64,000 bases of DNA from Raillietiella orientalis (taxonomy: Eukaryota), in NCBI GenBank assembly GCA_036172245.1, contig JAYWIR010000021.1:1240001-1304000 (forward strand), read 5' to 3'. The notes below the pieces were generated by a model that saw only the letters and a program-made list of their open reading frames with translations, was not told the origin of the DNA and ran no database searches. Every line of letters starts with the position of its first letter. The stretch's first letter is position 1. Positions 51,545-62,300 of this stretch are shown piece by piece. A program made the translations under genes and the position numbers.

Positions 51545-54500
51545 TCACTCCAGCTTCAGGGAGAGGGTGGGCTTGGAGAACGGTGGCACATGAACGAGGG
51601 GCGACAGGGGGAGCGTCTCGTATACGACCAGCTTCTGGTTCTTAAACCTGACCTCGGGGGGGTAGAGGGTCTGCATCTTCGCCAGTGTGTACCTCTCGAA
51701 CAGGTTATCGAGCAGGCGGGGCTCGCTCTTGTCAAGGGCTTCCGCGTCGCTCCACCCACTCGCGGACTCTTCCCTCTCCTTGATGCGCGCCGTGCCTTCG
51801 AACGCGTTCAGCACGCGGATGTAGGCGAGCACGAGGCGGGCCAGCTTCCAACGGCCGCTTAGTCCTCCGTGCAGCACCCTCAGGGTCGTGGCCGATCCGT
51901 GCCTCCTCATGTCCATGGGTAGCATACGGGGGACGTCCAAGCGGTCCAGATCCCACCGGCTGTCCTGCCCGAACGTGCCCACAAACCTGCCCGTGAACGT
52001 CCACAGCCTGGAGGACCCGTCCACGCTGCTGGTTAGGACGAGCTCCTTGCTCCAGATGGCGTCCACGCCAGTGACGGCATCCAGGTGGGCCCGGAACGAG
52101 TTCAGGAGGCGAGGGCTGGATCCCGACACGATGTACTTCTCCCAGAACCCCCGGAATCTTTCTCTCCACTCTTCCGCACATCTCAGAAACTGGTATCTGC
52201 TGTCCAGGAGCTGGTGGTTCACGCTGGAAGCGTCGTCTGAGCTCAGAAACCCGGACAGCAGCCACACCGACAGATAGCCCGCGGAGTCGCCGGCCAGCAG
52301 CACTTCATCGTCATGAGCGCCGACACCTGCAGCCATCGCGGTGATGGCCTCTTGAGATTGGCAGGACCCGGGGAACACGGCCATCACGTGGCACTTCAGA
52401 AAGACGTTCCAGCACTCGACCATCCCGTCTCCCATGCCAAGAAGGAGGGTGGAGGTGTGCTCGTCGCTGATACGATGCTTCAAGGATGCCATCGACGTCA
52501 CGGCGGAGCTGTTCCGGAGGAAACCTGAAGCAACCTCCTGGCCGATCGCGCTCCACCTGCCTCTTCTGTTTCTTCCCGGGAGCGCTGCCTCCGATTCCCT
52601 GGAAGACTCCGGCGCACGCTGCAAGTCGGGGATCTCTCCCTCCTCTGGATCGTTCCTTCCAAAATTGCACGGAGGACCCGCCTTCCTGTCGCTGCAAATG
52701 CTGTAGATTCCGGTGTCCTCCCTCCATATGACTAGCTTTCCGTCGTGACCTCCCGACAGGATCATGTTCGGGCTTAAAAAGTCCATAGCGGTCACGCTGT
52801 CCACATGCAAATGCTTCCACACTTTGCTGTGGTAGCCGAGGGAACCATCCGGCGAACGAATCTCGCGAAAGACGGTGACCTTTTGGTTCCATCCCGAAGC
52901 AAGGAATAGCCCAGGTCTGGACAGGATGCAGGACACCTGCGTTTCGCCTTCCGTGCGAAGAAGGTGCAGAAGCTTCCCGTTGCTGAAGTTCCAGATTCTC
53001 ACGACTCCGTTCGTGAACCCCGTGAAGATGCGGTGGAACTCCCAATCCAAACTCATAGAGGTCATGCTCACGACAGCGTCGTTCCGCTTCTCTTCCGGAT
53101 GTGCTTCGAACCGCAGCGTCCTGCTTCCATTCTCCACGTCCCACGTGGTAATAGTGGAATCCTCGCAACCGGTGACGATATGATGGAACATGGGGTTGTA
53201 TCTGATGTTGATGACCGGCTTCTTGCAGGTCCGAAACTCTCCTTCCAGGGTGCGCCTGGGCACACCTTTGATGAGACCAATCGAGTTGGAGACCAGGAGC
53301 AGGTGCTCGTTGGCAGGGTTCCAGAAGGCATCGGAGACGTAGCGATGCCCGATCGGAATCTGAGAGGGGTTCACCGTCATCGTGCAGGCGTTCTGGTTAA
53401 TCTTCCACACCTTCACCGTCTTGTCCAGAGACACCGAAAGGAAATGTTCCTCGTCTCCTCGAAACTTCACGTATACCAGCGGAGAGTGGTGTCCTGTGTA
53501 CAAGTTGGTGCACTTGGGTGATGTGTATGGGTTCCAGGTTCTAATGTTGTGGTCGAACCCGCCGGTGATGACAGTTTTTAGGGAGGGATGGTAATCGAAA
53601 CATGCCAGCCCCCTGCTCACGGAGAAGACCTTGAGGCTTTCTTCCAACTGAGCCTTCCATATGACCATGGAGGTCGCAGAGCAGTCCGAAGTGGAGATGT
53701 AGGAGTCCGCTTGTGGTACGTACATCACCTGAGTTACCGTTTTCTGGTGGATAGCAGCGAACCTCTGGACAGTGATCGATTCGATCTTCCTCTTGAGCAG
53801 CTCTGTGAGCTTCAGTCTCCGAAAACCTTTCCCCCTTTGGGTGGAATACACGTCTTCGCTGAACAGACTCTCGCCAAAGCAGTCGCGGAAGCAGAACGCT
53901 ATCACGTTTCCGCAGACATCTCCTGTCAACAGGATTGCTTCGCTCGGATTCTCCGCTCTGTACCAGTAGAAGAGCTCGACCACACAGCTCGAGAATCCCG
54001 ACAGCTGGTACTTGCGCTCAAAGAGAGTTCCCACCGTGTAAAAGTAGAGGGAGCCATCCGATGCTCCAATTACGATCATGTTTACGTTGGGAAGACAGGC
54101 GATGCTGAGAGCTGTAGTGATGGTGCTGTCAAGCGATGTGGCCATGGTCGCGTTCTGCTCCATTTCCACTCTGCTCTCGAAATTCTGGATTATGGACTCG
54201 GTGTTCATGAGCTTGACTGCCCTCTGGTACTTCATCTGGTGGGACCAGATCTCTATGCTTCCTTGCATGTTCAGCGAGATGTACCTTCCGTAGGCAAAAT
54301 ACGATTCGGATTCAGCAGAAGGGCAACAGCTAGGATAAAAAGCCACTTTTACGAGGAAGCCGCGTATCCTGCTAGGATATGCACTTATCTCGTCCATCAA
54401 TAGGATTTTATCCGGAGAAACCTCTATAAACTTGTCATCTATGCCGTAGTCTATCAGAAGGAAATTCAAGAACTCGTCTATTTCCAGAGAACCGTTCAAA

Positions 54501-54787
54501 TTGACGTCGAATTTGAAAAACATTTTTTCGATGTCTTTTTCGGGAACAGTGCTCCCGAATATCTGCTTCATCACCATTTTGAACTCTCCCAAGTCCAGCT
54601 TTTTGTTTTCGTCCGTGTCGGCTTCATGGAATATTCTCTCTAAATCTAGGATCTCTTCTATGTCCACCGATCTTGCCAACTTCGTTTCGCTGCCGATTAT
54701 CTCTGTCTTCGAGATGCTCTCCAACCCAAGTGGGATGGCGGTGCTCTTCTCCCGGAGTTTGTAATAATTCAGAAAGCTCCTCCACAT
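51545..54787 (-). CDS. WDR49: Intronless EF-hand + WD40 protein, WDR49/EFCAB8/WDY family (~1080 aa)
   Basis: Uninterrupted ORF; EF-hand pair (FHEADTDENKKLDLGEF, FDVNLNGSLEIDEF), many WD repeats (TGGFDHNIRTWNPY, SVSLDKTVKVW, TSSVDGSSRLW), family-like GRFVGTFGQ and SATTLRVL. Confidence 0.88.
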   Translation of the reverse strand: MWRSFLNYYKLREKSTAIPLGLESISKTEIIGSETKLARSVDIEEILDLERIFHEADTDENKKLDLGEFKMVMKQIFGSTVPEKDIEKMFFKFDVNLNGSLEIDEFLNFLLIDYGIDDKFIEVSPDKILLMDEISAYPSRIRGFLVKVAFYPSCCPSAESESYFAYGRYISLNMQGSIEIWSHQMKYQRAVKLMNTESIIQNFESRVEMEQNATMATSLDSTITTALSIACLPNVNMIVIGASDGSLYFYTVGTLFERKYQLSGFSSCVVELFYWYRAENPSEAILLTGDVCGNVIAFCFRDCFGESLFSEDVYSTQRGKGFRRLKLTELLKRKIESITVQRFAAIHQKTVTQVMYVPQADSYISTSDCSATSMVIWKAQLEESLKVFSVSRGLACFDYHPSLKTVITGGFDHNIRTWNPYTSPKCTNLYTGHHSPLVYVKFRGDEEHFLSVSLDKTVKVWKINQNACTMTVNPSQIPIGHRYVSDAFWNPANEHLLLVSNSIGLIKGVPRRTLEGEFRTCKKPVINIRYNPMFHHIVTGCEDSTITTWDVENGSRTLRFEAHPEEKRNDAVVSMTSMSLDWEFHRIFTGFTNGVVRIWNFSNGKLLHLLRTEGETQVSCILSRPGLFLASGWNQKVTVFREIRSPDGSLGYHSKVWKHLHVDSVTAMDFLSPNMILSGGHDGKLVIWREDTGIYSICSDRKAGPPCNFGRNDPEEGEIPDLQRAPESSRESEAALPGRNRRGRWSAIGQEVASGFLRNSSAVTSMASLKHRISDEHTSTLLLGMGDGMVECWNVFLKCHVMAVFPGSCQSQEAITAMAAGVGAHDDEVLLAGDSAGYLSVWLLSGFLSSDDASSVNHQLLDSRYQFLRCAEEWRERFRGFWEKYIVSGSSPRLLNSFRAHLDAVTGVDAIWSKELVLTSSVDGSSRLWTFTGRFVGTFGQDSRWDLDRLDVPRMLPMDMRRHGSATTLRVLHGGLSGRWKLARLVLAYIRVLNAFEGTARIKEREESASGWSDAEALDKSEPRLLDNLFERYTLAKMQTLYPPEVRFKNQKLVVYETLPLSPLVHVPPFSKPTLSLKLE

Positions 54788-54941
54788 TGTCAGACGTGGG
54801 TGCAGTTCCAACAGAATTTCAAAAGCACCTGACCCAGCCGGGAGTCAGAAGCCGATAGCCCCATCCGTGCGACCTTTTAGTCTGACCGTGCAGATCGGCC
54901 TTTATACGGATGGTGCCGCATCTTTCATGTCGAAAGAATCT

Positions 54942-54955
54942 GTATCCATGGTAAA
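54942..54955. promoter_or_regulatory. RFX X-box-like site upstream of WDR49-like gene
   Basis: GTATCCATGGTAAA, 13/14 to GTHNYYATRRNAAC, ~155 bp from the ATG of a ciliary-type gene. Confidence 0.5.
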
Positions 54956-56387
54956 GGGGAATAAAATTCATTCTTTTCCCCAATACTCAGTGCGGGCTAT
55001 GCTGTAATCAGTGGGCGAGCTCTAACAAATCAATAGTCTGCACCAAGGGAAGCGTTGGTTTCATTAATTACCCAACTAGACTGACTCGCAATCGCCTCAG
55101 AGATTACTCATCAGTCAGCGTCTTTCATGCTTTCCTCCGAGATTTGGTGACCAATGTGGACACTTCAACTCTGCTGAAAGAAATTCTGAAAGTTTCATTC
55201 CTCACTGGGGTCCCGTTAAATGCGGTTGAACTCTCCAGATTATTTATGGCGCTGGCCTTTTTACCAGGGGATTAAATAACCGTTATAATCGAAGGATCTT
55301 CCGAATGGAAATGTTTCTTACATGGTCCAGTTGTAATGAAAACTGCGAGTGCTTCTCCTTGTTTTATTTTTTTTTGCAAATCATAAGGTTAGTTGCAAGT
55401 AAAAGCAAAGACCATTCGCAGAAAAACCTACCAAAACAACTTGAGAAATTTTTCTCGAACTCGTTCCGGGTCGGAATAGCCGAGGCAGGCCTTGGTCTCT
55501 CAGTGACTGTTGTGTAGTTCTACCGAGTGTACAATTTCGTGTTTCGTGCATGGCATGGCTCGGTATCCACCATCAATGCGCGGCCCTTGATGAGCTATGC
55601 AGCACCGCAAAGAAAAGGATCCGAGAGAAGTTACCCCAGTGGGATCACCTAACCTCTGAAGATGGTTAACGAAGAAAAATCTGTTCATTTTAAGGAGAGA
55701 GTTGCGTGTGGAGTCAGACGTCATGCAATTGAATCGGCTTCCGTCAGCTGAACTGCAAAGCGAGCGATCAGCAACGCTGCCGTGGTCATCCAGCATGCTC
55801 TGTGCATATCCTGCATGGCGCTAAGAAGGAATACGTTGAGGCTGCTCGGACATTTCAAGGGGTATTTTGCTGTTCAGAGTGCTGCGAGGTGTGCCTGAAG
55901 AGCATAACACAGTTAGAAGTGCCAAACAATACACAGAATTGATGCTACGGGCGTTTATTTCATCTTGCAAACCTTTAGCCTTGACCAAAGGCACCATCAT
56001 TTCACCCCCCGGATTAGGTGATTCCAGGGTGACTCATTCAGTTGCATGGAACTCAAAAGAAGAGGTTGCAAAGCTCTGGAATGCTTTTGCCGTGAGACTG
56101 AAATAACCCCAAAAGTTCCTCAATGCAGTGTGTATATTTTTATTCAACTTTGTACAATGAGATCATTAAAGATATGAATAAATACACTGCATGTTATGAC
56201 TAAGCCGGATCCCGCATTCCGGTCAGGGAGGTCTTCAAACAGATTCTTATGTAAACTTAAGAATATTGTAAGCATTTTTTTGGATAAAAGTCTCCACAAT
56301 CTTTGACTGAAGGCTTTATTTTCCGTGTATTTTACTGCAAGGCATCTTGCTGCAAGATCTTTGCAATTCCTTCTCATGTTTCCCTGG

Positions 56388-59300
56388 CTACCAAAATGGA
56401 CACCTAGAAAGAACTGTGTTAACCAGCATTTCCCATTAATGCCATCATATGTTAAATGATACATTCCCACACTTCATAATGTTGCTGTAAGATGGAGGTT
56501 CTTAAGGAATAAGAAAGAAGCACTTGCAATTCAAAGTCAGATCTGTTTTAGAGGGAACAACTGAACCAGAAGAGGGCAGTTGCCAACTGCTGGTTTGACA
56601 AAGTAAACATATCTGAGGTCTTAAACAACATTAAGGTGTAAAGCAATTTCCAATAAAAGAATAAAATCAAAATGGAACCTAACCAGCCAATGTAGCACTG
56701 ACATAAATTTTCATGGGAGGTAGCTTGTTGAATCAGGAGATCAACCTGCTCTGTCACTTCAACAGTCCTGTCTTCATCTTCCACCATGAAGTCTTTGCCA
56801 TTCAATTTGTCTCGGACTCTTCCAACAACATCCAGAGCTTTTGGATTCAGTGCTTCTGATATATCAGAAATATTCCAAAAATCTCCTTGACCTTTTTCAA
56901 TAAAGTCTGGTTTGGCACGTAGTGGAGGAAATTCCCCATTGTCACGTATCTGTCCTGAAGGTACTTCATTGCTCTTGTTCTAGAATCTAGAATCAAGCAA
57001 TTTATAGCACTACAGCATCACCAACCCTGGATCTAGAAACCGAATCCACTAATCTCCAGTTAAGTAGAGGATCATATACAAAGGCTTCCAATACAGCCAG
57101 CAAGCTTTCTTTGTTTCTTCTCAGGACAGACATCACACTCTGGCATGTCATGCGATAGGTTCCTTCAATGCCAGTCACCTACAAGGGATGGCCAGAAGAA
57201 AAATTGCTGATTCTTTATTCTTACCTCCATAACATTAATGAGCATGCGCGTCAGTCGAAATGGAATTTTTTCAGGGAATTTCTCTCTGTTCATGGCCACT
57301 TCAAAGCAATCTCCAAAATCAATGTGTACCACTTTCCCACTTAGGCGGTCCAACATTAAGTTGGAAGGGTGACGGTCTCCAAGACCAAGAATATAACCAA
57401 CCATGGACATGACGGCCAAAGAACGAGTGTAATTATTGCGCCGATCAAACCAGACTTCAGAACTGGGCGATTTCAACCACAAAAGCTTGGCTAAATCATC
57501 CCCATTGGTGTGCTCCAAAGCATGCTGAAATACTTCCACTTTCTGCATAAGGGTCAGATGTTCATAATCTGGGGCCATGCGCAACATTATGCGGTGCTCA
57601 ATGTTGAGCAAGATTTTCTTTTTCTCACGATAATCTCTAATAAGCGTGTGTAAGGTGTCACAGTGAGGCACCCAGCCAATGAGACCACTGTTAGGTGATA
57701 AGGGAACCACAGCATAACGTTGAATAGTCAGGTTGCGACGCAATGTATGAGGATCATGAAGCAAAAGAGTATTGACTAATCCGAACAGCTGCATGACACG
57801 TTCATCTTGACGCAAGTCTTCATGACCTTTTAGCAAATACATGTATTCACACCCATCACTTCCTGTAACATCATGCAATACAAGAAGCTGCTAACTCACT
57901 CTGCTTACCTTTGATCACCAATTTCCGTGGTCGTTGTTTTGATGTAATTACTTGCAAAGATGTCTGAATATTAGCTATGCGGACAATTGGACGCCGCGGA
58001 TCATAACTACCAGGGACTGCCAAGTCCAAATCCTTGCATCCCAGAAGCTTTGGAGACACATACTGTAACTCTAACGAAGTTAACTGCGGCAATTGCTTGC
58101 TGATGCGTTTGAAAACATGGTAATAAAGATCCCATGCTTGGTGCAGGTCCCTTGCATTGCCTGTACGGCTGTATTTGCGACACCATTCCTGAGCTTCAGC
58201 TAGATCTCGACCATACGCCTGCTGAAAGGATGTTTCTTTCAGAGTCTGAGGTCCTCGTTCCATCATAGAATGCAGTGGGTCCAGAACTGCGAACATGCCC
58301 ATAACATTCCGTTCTCCAAAATACAAACGAGATGCTTCTTCTAGTCCTTCATGCCATCTTTCATGCCACAAGATTGTCACTCTTATCAGTTCCTCACTTA
58401 TCATCATTGCCTGCTGCACTAAGGCACCACTATGTTCTCTCATACTATCTAGGACACGTTTGGCAGCAGCTTGAGCAGATTTGTCTCGTTCTTTGGACTT
58501 ATGGGCCACAGTCAAGGGATAAATAAGTGCTTGGGGATGATGACGTCCAATATCCATCAATAGGTCTTGAACTTGTGCCTCTACAGATTTCATCTGCCAT
58601 CCTTTCCAGTAAATACGTGCAATCAACTGAGGGATCACTTGGAGCCAGTTATTGATGTCGATCTTTCGTACTCCTTCACGAACAGCTGCCAGCACAGCAG
58701 GTATGTGACCATGCTGAAACCAAAGTGTCAGAAGTCTCAGAGTGTCTTGTAAGCTGCTCCCATTGGACAAGGAAATGGAACGGACAAAACCCCGGACAGC
58801 CAACACTACATGTTCTACAAGCACACTATTGGGAGATTCACTATCAGAATTTTTGGGCTTGTCTCGATGGAACAAGACAGCTTGGAAATGCATGGCAGCC
58901 CAGGAATGCCATGCCTTGTACCATGCAGAATCTAGGGTAGTTGCTTTTTGGTAGAAATGCAAAACGGAACCAAAGCAATCTTGATTTTCTTCCAATTCTT
59001 GTTGCCACTGACCAAGTCTCAAATAACATTTGGCTAACAAATGTCCTTCTTGGGACAATTGTGTCTCTATATTTTTTTCCAAAAATTCTTTCAGACCACT
59101 GAAATGGGCAAAAAATCAAGAAAGAAAGCAAACAACGAAAAGGAGCGACTATGCAGAAGGAAGAAAGTCTTACCTGAATGCCTCTTTTTTCTTACGACTT
59201 GTCCAGAGGTGTTTATAAGTAGCTAAGGTGACCATAATAACTGTAGATGGATCTTTGGCATTTCCTTTTCTTAACATGTCGAGAACACGCTCACAAGTTG

Positions 59301-62300
59301 CCTATGGTTATTAAGCAATTTTGCGTTTTTTCTTGATAACATACCAGGCGACCACTTTTGCGACACAAGCTAGCAAATTTTAGCCACTTGCGGAGATCTT
59401 GATGGGGTGACACAGCCATGGAATGCACTTGTAAAATGCGCTGCCAGTCTTCCATGACACGCTGACAGCCCTGTAAGCGTTCCCACCACATTTGAAGAAT
59501 TGTGGAACGTTGTGGATCATCTGCAGGTAACAATTTGTAAGTGGCCACCTCCTCCAGTTCAGAAAGCATTTGCACTTGGACCATAACACTGTAGGCACGC
59601 TGATAAGATTCACTGGCAAGTGTAGTCAACTCGGTATCCAAAATTTCTCGGGCTGTATCGATGTACTATAAATATGTGAGTAAAGCTCTTTTGTGATAAG
59701 ATTACCTGATTGCCCTCCGTGAACCGATTTTTCTCTATGCATAGCACAGCTCTGTAAAAAGCACCATCTAGTGAATCCCTAGGAAGAGCTTCCAGATATT
59801 TCTCCATTCCTTCCCATAATTTCAAATTCCATGCAGCTGCTGCCCCCATGCTAGCAATATTACGCTGCATTTCTATACTATTGTTGTTCCAGTTGGCCTG
59901 TGCGAGATCATGTAGCTGCTCCCATTCACCAAGAGCCTGTAAGCAGCGCATTTGCCCATAGACCAGTTCCATATCTGTGGGATTGTCATTATGCTTGCGC
60001 CGGTATCCCAGAAGAGCAGATTCCCAGTCTTGGAGTTTTTCATACCAGCTCTCTTGAACTTCCAAAGCACTACCATAATGTCTCATTCCATAATCCAGAA
60101 GACCTATTAGGCGTAATACCATTGAATTTAGTTCAAGCAATGTACCTTGAGCAGCTTCCTTTTGTTGCAATTTGTGATTAATGGAAATGAGTGCTCCAAG
60201 CACTTCAGTAGAAGGATGGAGGTGAAACTCTTCTTCTTTGTAATGCAGTGCTTTGGCAAAGGCTCGACACTGTATGGCACGGTTGCCTAAAACTTGCATG
60301 TTGATCAGCAGTGGACCCTTATCACAATGTTCCATGAACTCAGTTAGATTTAACAATGACTGTGTGATTTCAGGAACGTCTTTGGCAGTGAGTGCCAATT
60401 CTAAATGGTGGATCAGTTCGTCCTGTTGCTTCTCATTGAGTTCTGTCCAGCAAGAAACAAAAGCTGCATTGAAGAGATCACGTGGAAACTGATTGTATGT
60501 CTTGGCAAGTGCATAGCAAGCTCTATTCTACTTTGGGTCAAGCTGAACCTCAACAAAACACTTACTTTAATGCCGGTGAGGGAGACTCCTTGAGTAATTC
60601 CACACTTAATCTACGCAACCACTCCAGCCAGTCATCTCGTGAACTGCAACGGGATGTATCCCATGCCATCCTTAGATTTGTGATGGAGATCTGCAACTGT
60701 TTGAATATGTCAGAGGTGTTTCACCAAAAAATTAAGAGAGACCTTTTTGATGGAGTAGTCTGAATCTAAAAACGTAAGGGGACGCATTGCTGGAGGATGA
60801 TTTGTTTCCATATCCCATTCTTCATTAAAAAATCCCTGCCGCGTCTAAAAACATTTGAACAGTGACCAAAGTGGGAAACAGCATACCTTCTCAATGTGAA
60901 GAAGTAATTTGAAGTAACGAGAATGTTGAATTTTGTGCTTATTCATAATCTGATGCACCATTGGAATAAATACTACAAAGCGTCGCTTTAACTGTGTCAT
61001 TAAGGCACACACAACATCCATTGCAGCTCCATGCAGCTCAGGAGCATTATCAAGAACACGCATTAATGGATGTATGATTCGTGAAGCATATTCAGTTAAA
61101 TCCATGGATTCAGCAAGTTTCTGAATGGTTTCCAGCGCCATTTTTCGAATGGTAACCGGAAGATCAACATTATCAAGTAAGCGTAAGAGAGGAGGGAGGA
61201 CGAGATGTAAGTATTCCTCCAGAGTATTTCCAAAACTTTGCAATGCACTAAGCAGCTGCAAGAAATCCCTTTAGCATCTACCATATAACAAGCAAGTCTA
61301 ACCTTGGCAGTGATGCTTCTGTCTTTACTAGTATCATGCAGAAATACTCGCAGAATCTGAGGCATAAGCTCGGGTAAATAATCACGAAATTCAGAACCCA
61401 TTGCAAGACCAATGTGTTCAATAAGCAGTATGATGGTCACTTGCAAGGAACTACTGGGAACCCAGAATTCCTTATGAGGATGATTATCAGGCTAGTTTCA
61501 GACAGCACCCCTTACTTTGATTAAAGCGAAAATATCGTCGAGGTAGTTTCGTACATGCTGCTTGACAATACCAATGAGGTATCCCAATTGCTGGAACTGC
61601 AGTTCCCGAGATGAGGGTTCGGAGGAGCGGATTGTCTGTAGCAAGGATGGTAGCACTTGAGGAATGAAAGGCACACATTTGACCCCCAATGAGTTAAATA
61701 TGAAAGTTATTGCTTGAATGACTGTATTGTGATGTACTGCAAGTGTACTGTCTCTTAGAATCTTCATCAACGTAACAATAGCAATCGATGGATAGAACTC
61801 ATCCAAGCAGCCAGAGAAACTGACAAGCATTTCACAGGGTTCTTGAAAATACACACCAATTAGAGAAAACAGAAAGAGCGACCTTACCTTGCGAGATTTC
61901 CTCATCTGACCTGTCATGGGTTGATAGTGGGACAGCAGTTTCTTGATCATCTGCCATGCCTACACTCAACTTATGGCGATAAGGATCTAATGCACCCATG
62001 AGGCCAAGGACCCGAATCGTCTCCTGACTAACAATGGGCTATTACATGAAAATAGGGAGTGCAGACTCACCGCAAACCTGGTGACTGCTCTGTTTTCAGA
62101 ATATTTAGCAAAATATCCAGAAATGTAGGATATCGGAAGTAAGGATGCATGACACAACCAGTACTCTCAATAAGTTGCCCAAGTGTCCACAGGGCTACTT
62201 CACGCTTAGCTGAGGAGCTAGGATCTTGCAGGAGGTCCAGAAGCAAGGGCAGAAGCTCCTCCATCCAAGGATTCATTCTGTTACCACATACTTGAGCCTG

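Noticed and set aside
51368..54764. Long + strand and alternate-frame ORFs overlapping WDR49 (e.g. 53588-54403, 52311-53168)
   Set aside because: Shadow ORFs expected from GC-rich codon usage; no recognisable domains.
55081..55118. Minus-strand CTGATGA followed by a stem, resembling a hammerhead ribozyme
   Set aside because: GAAA does not follow stem II; only a simple imperfect hairpin.
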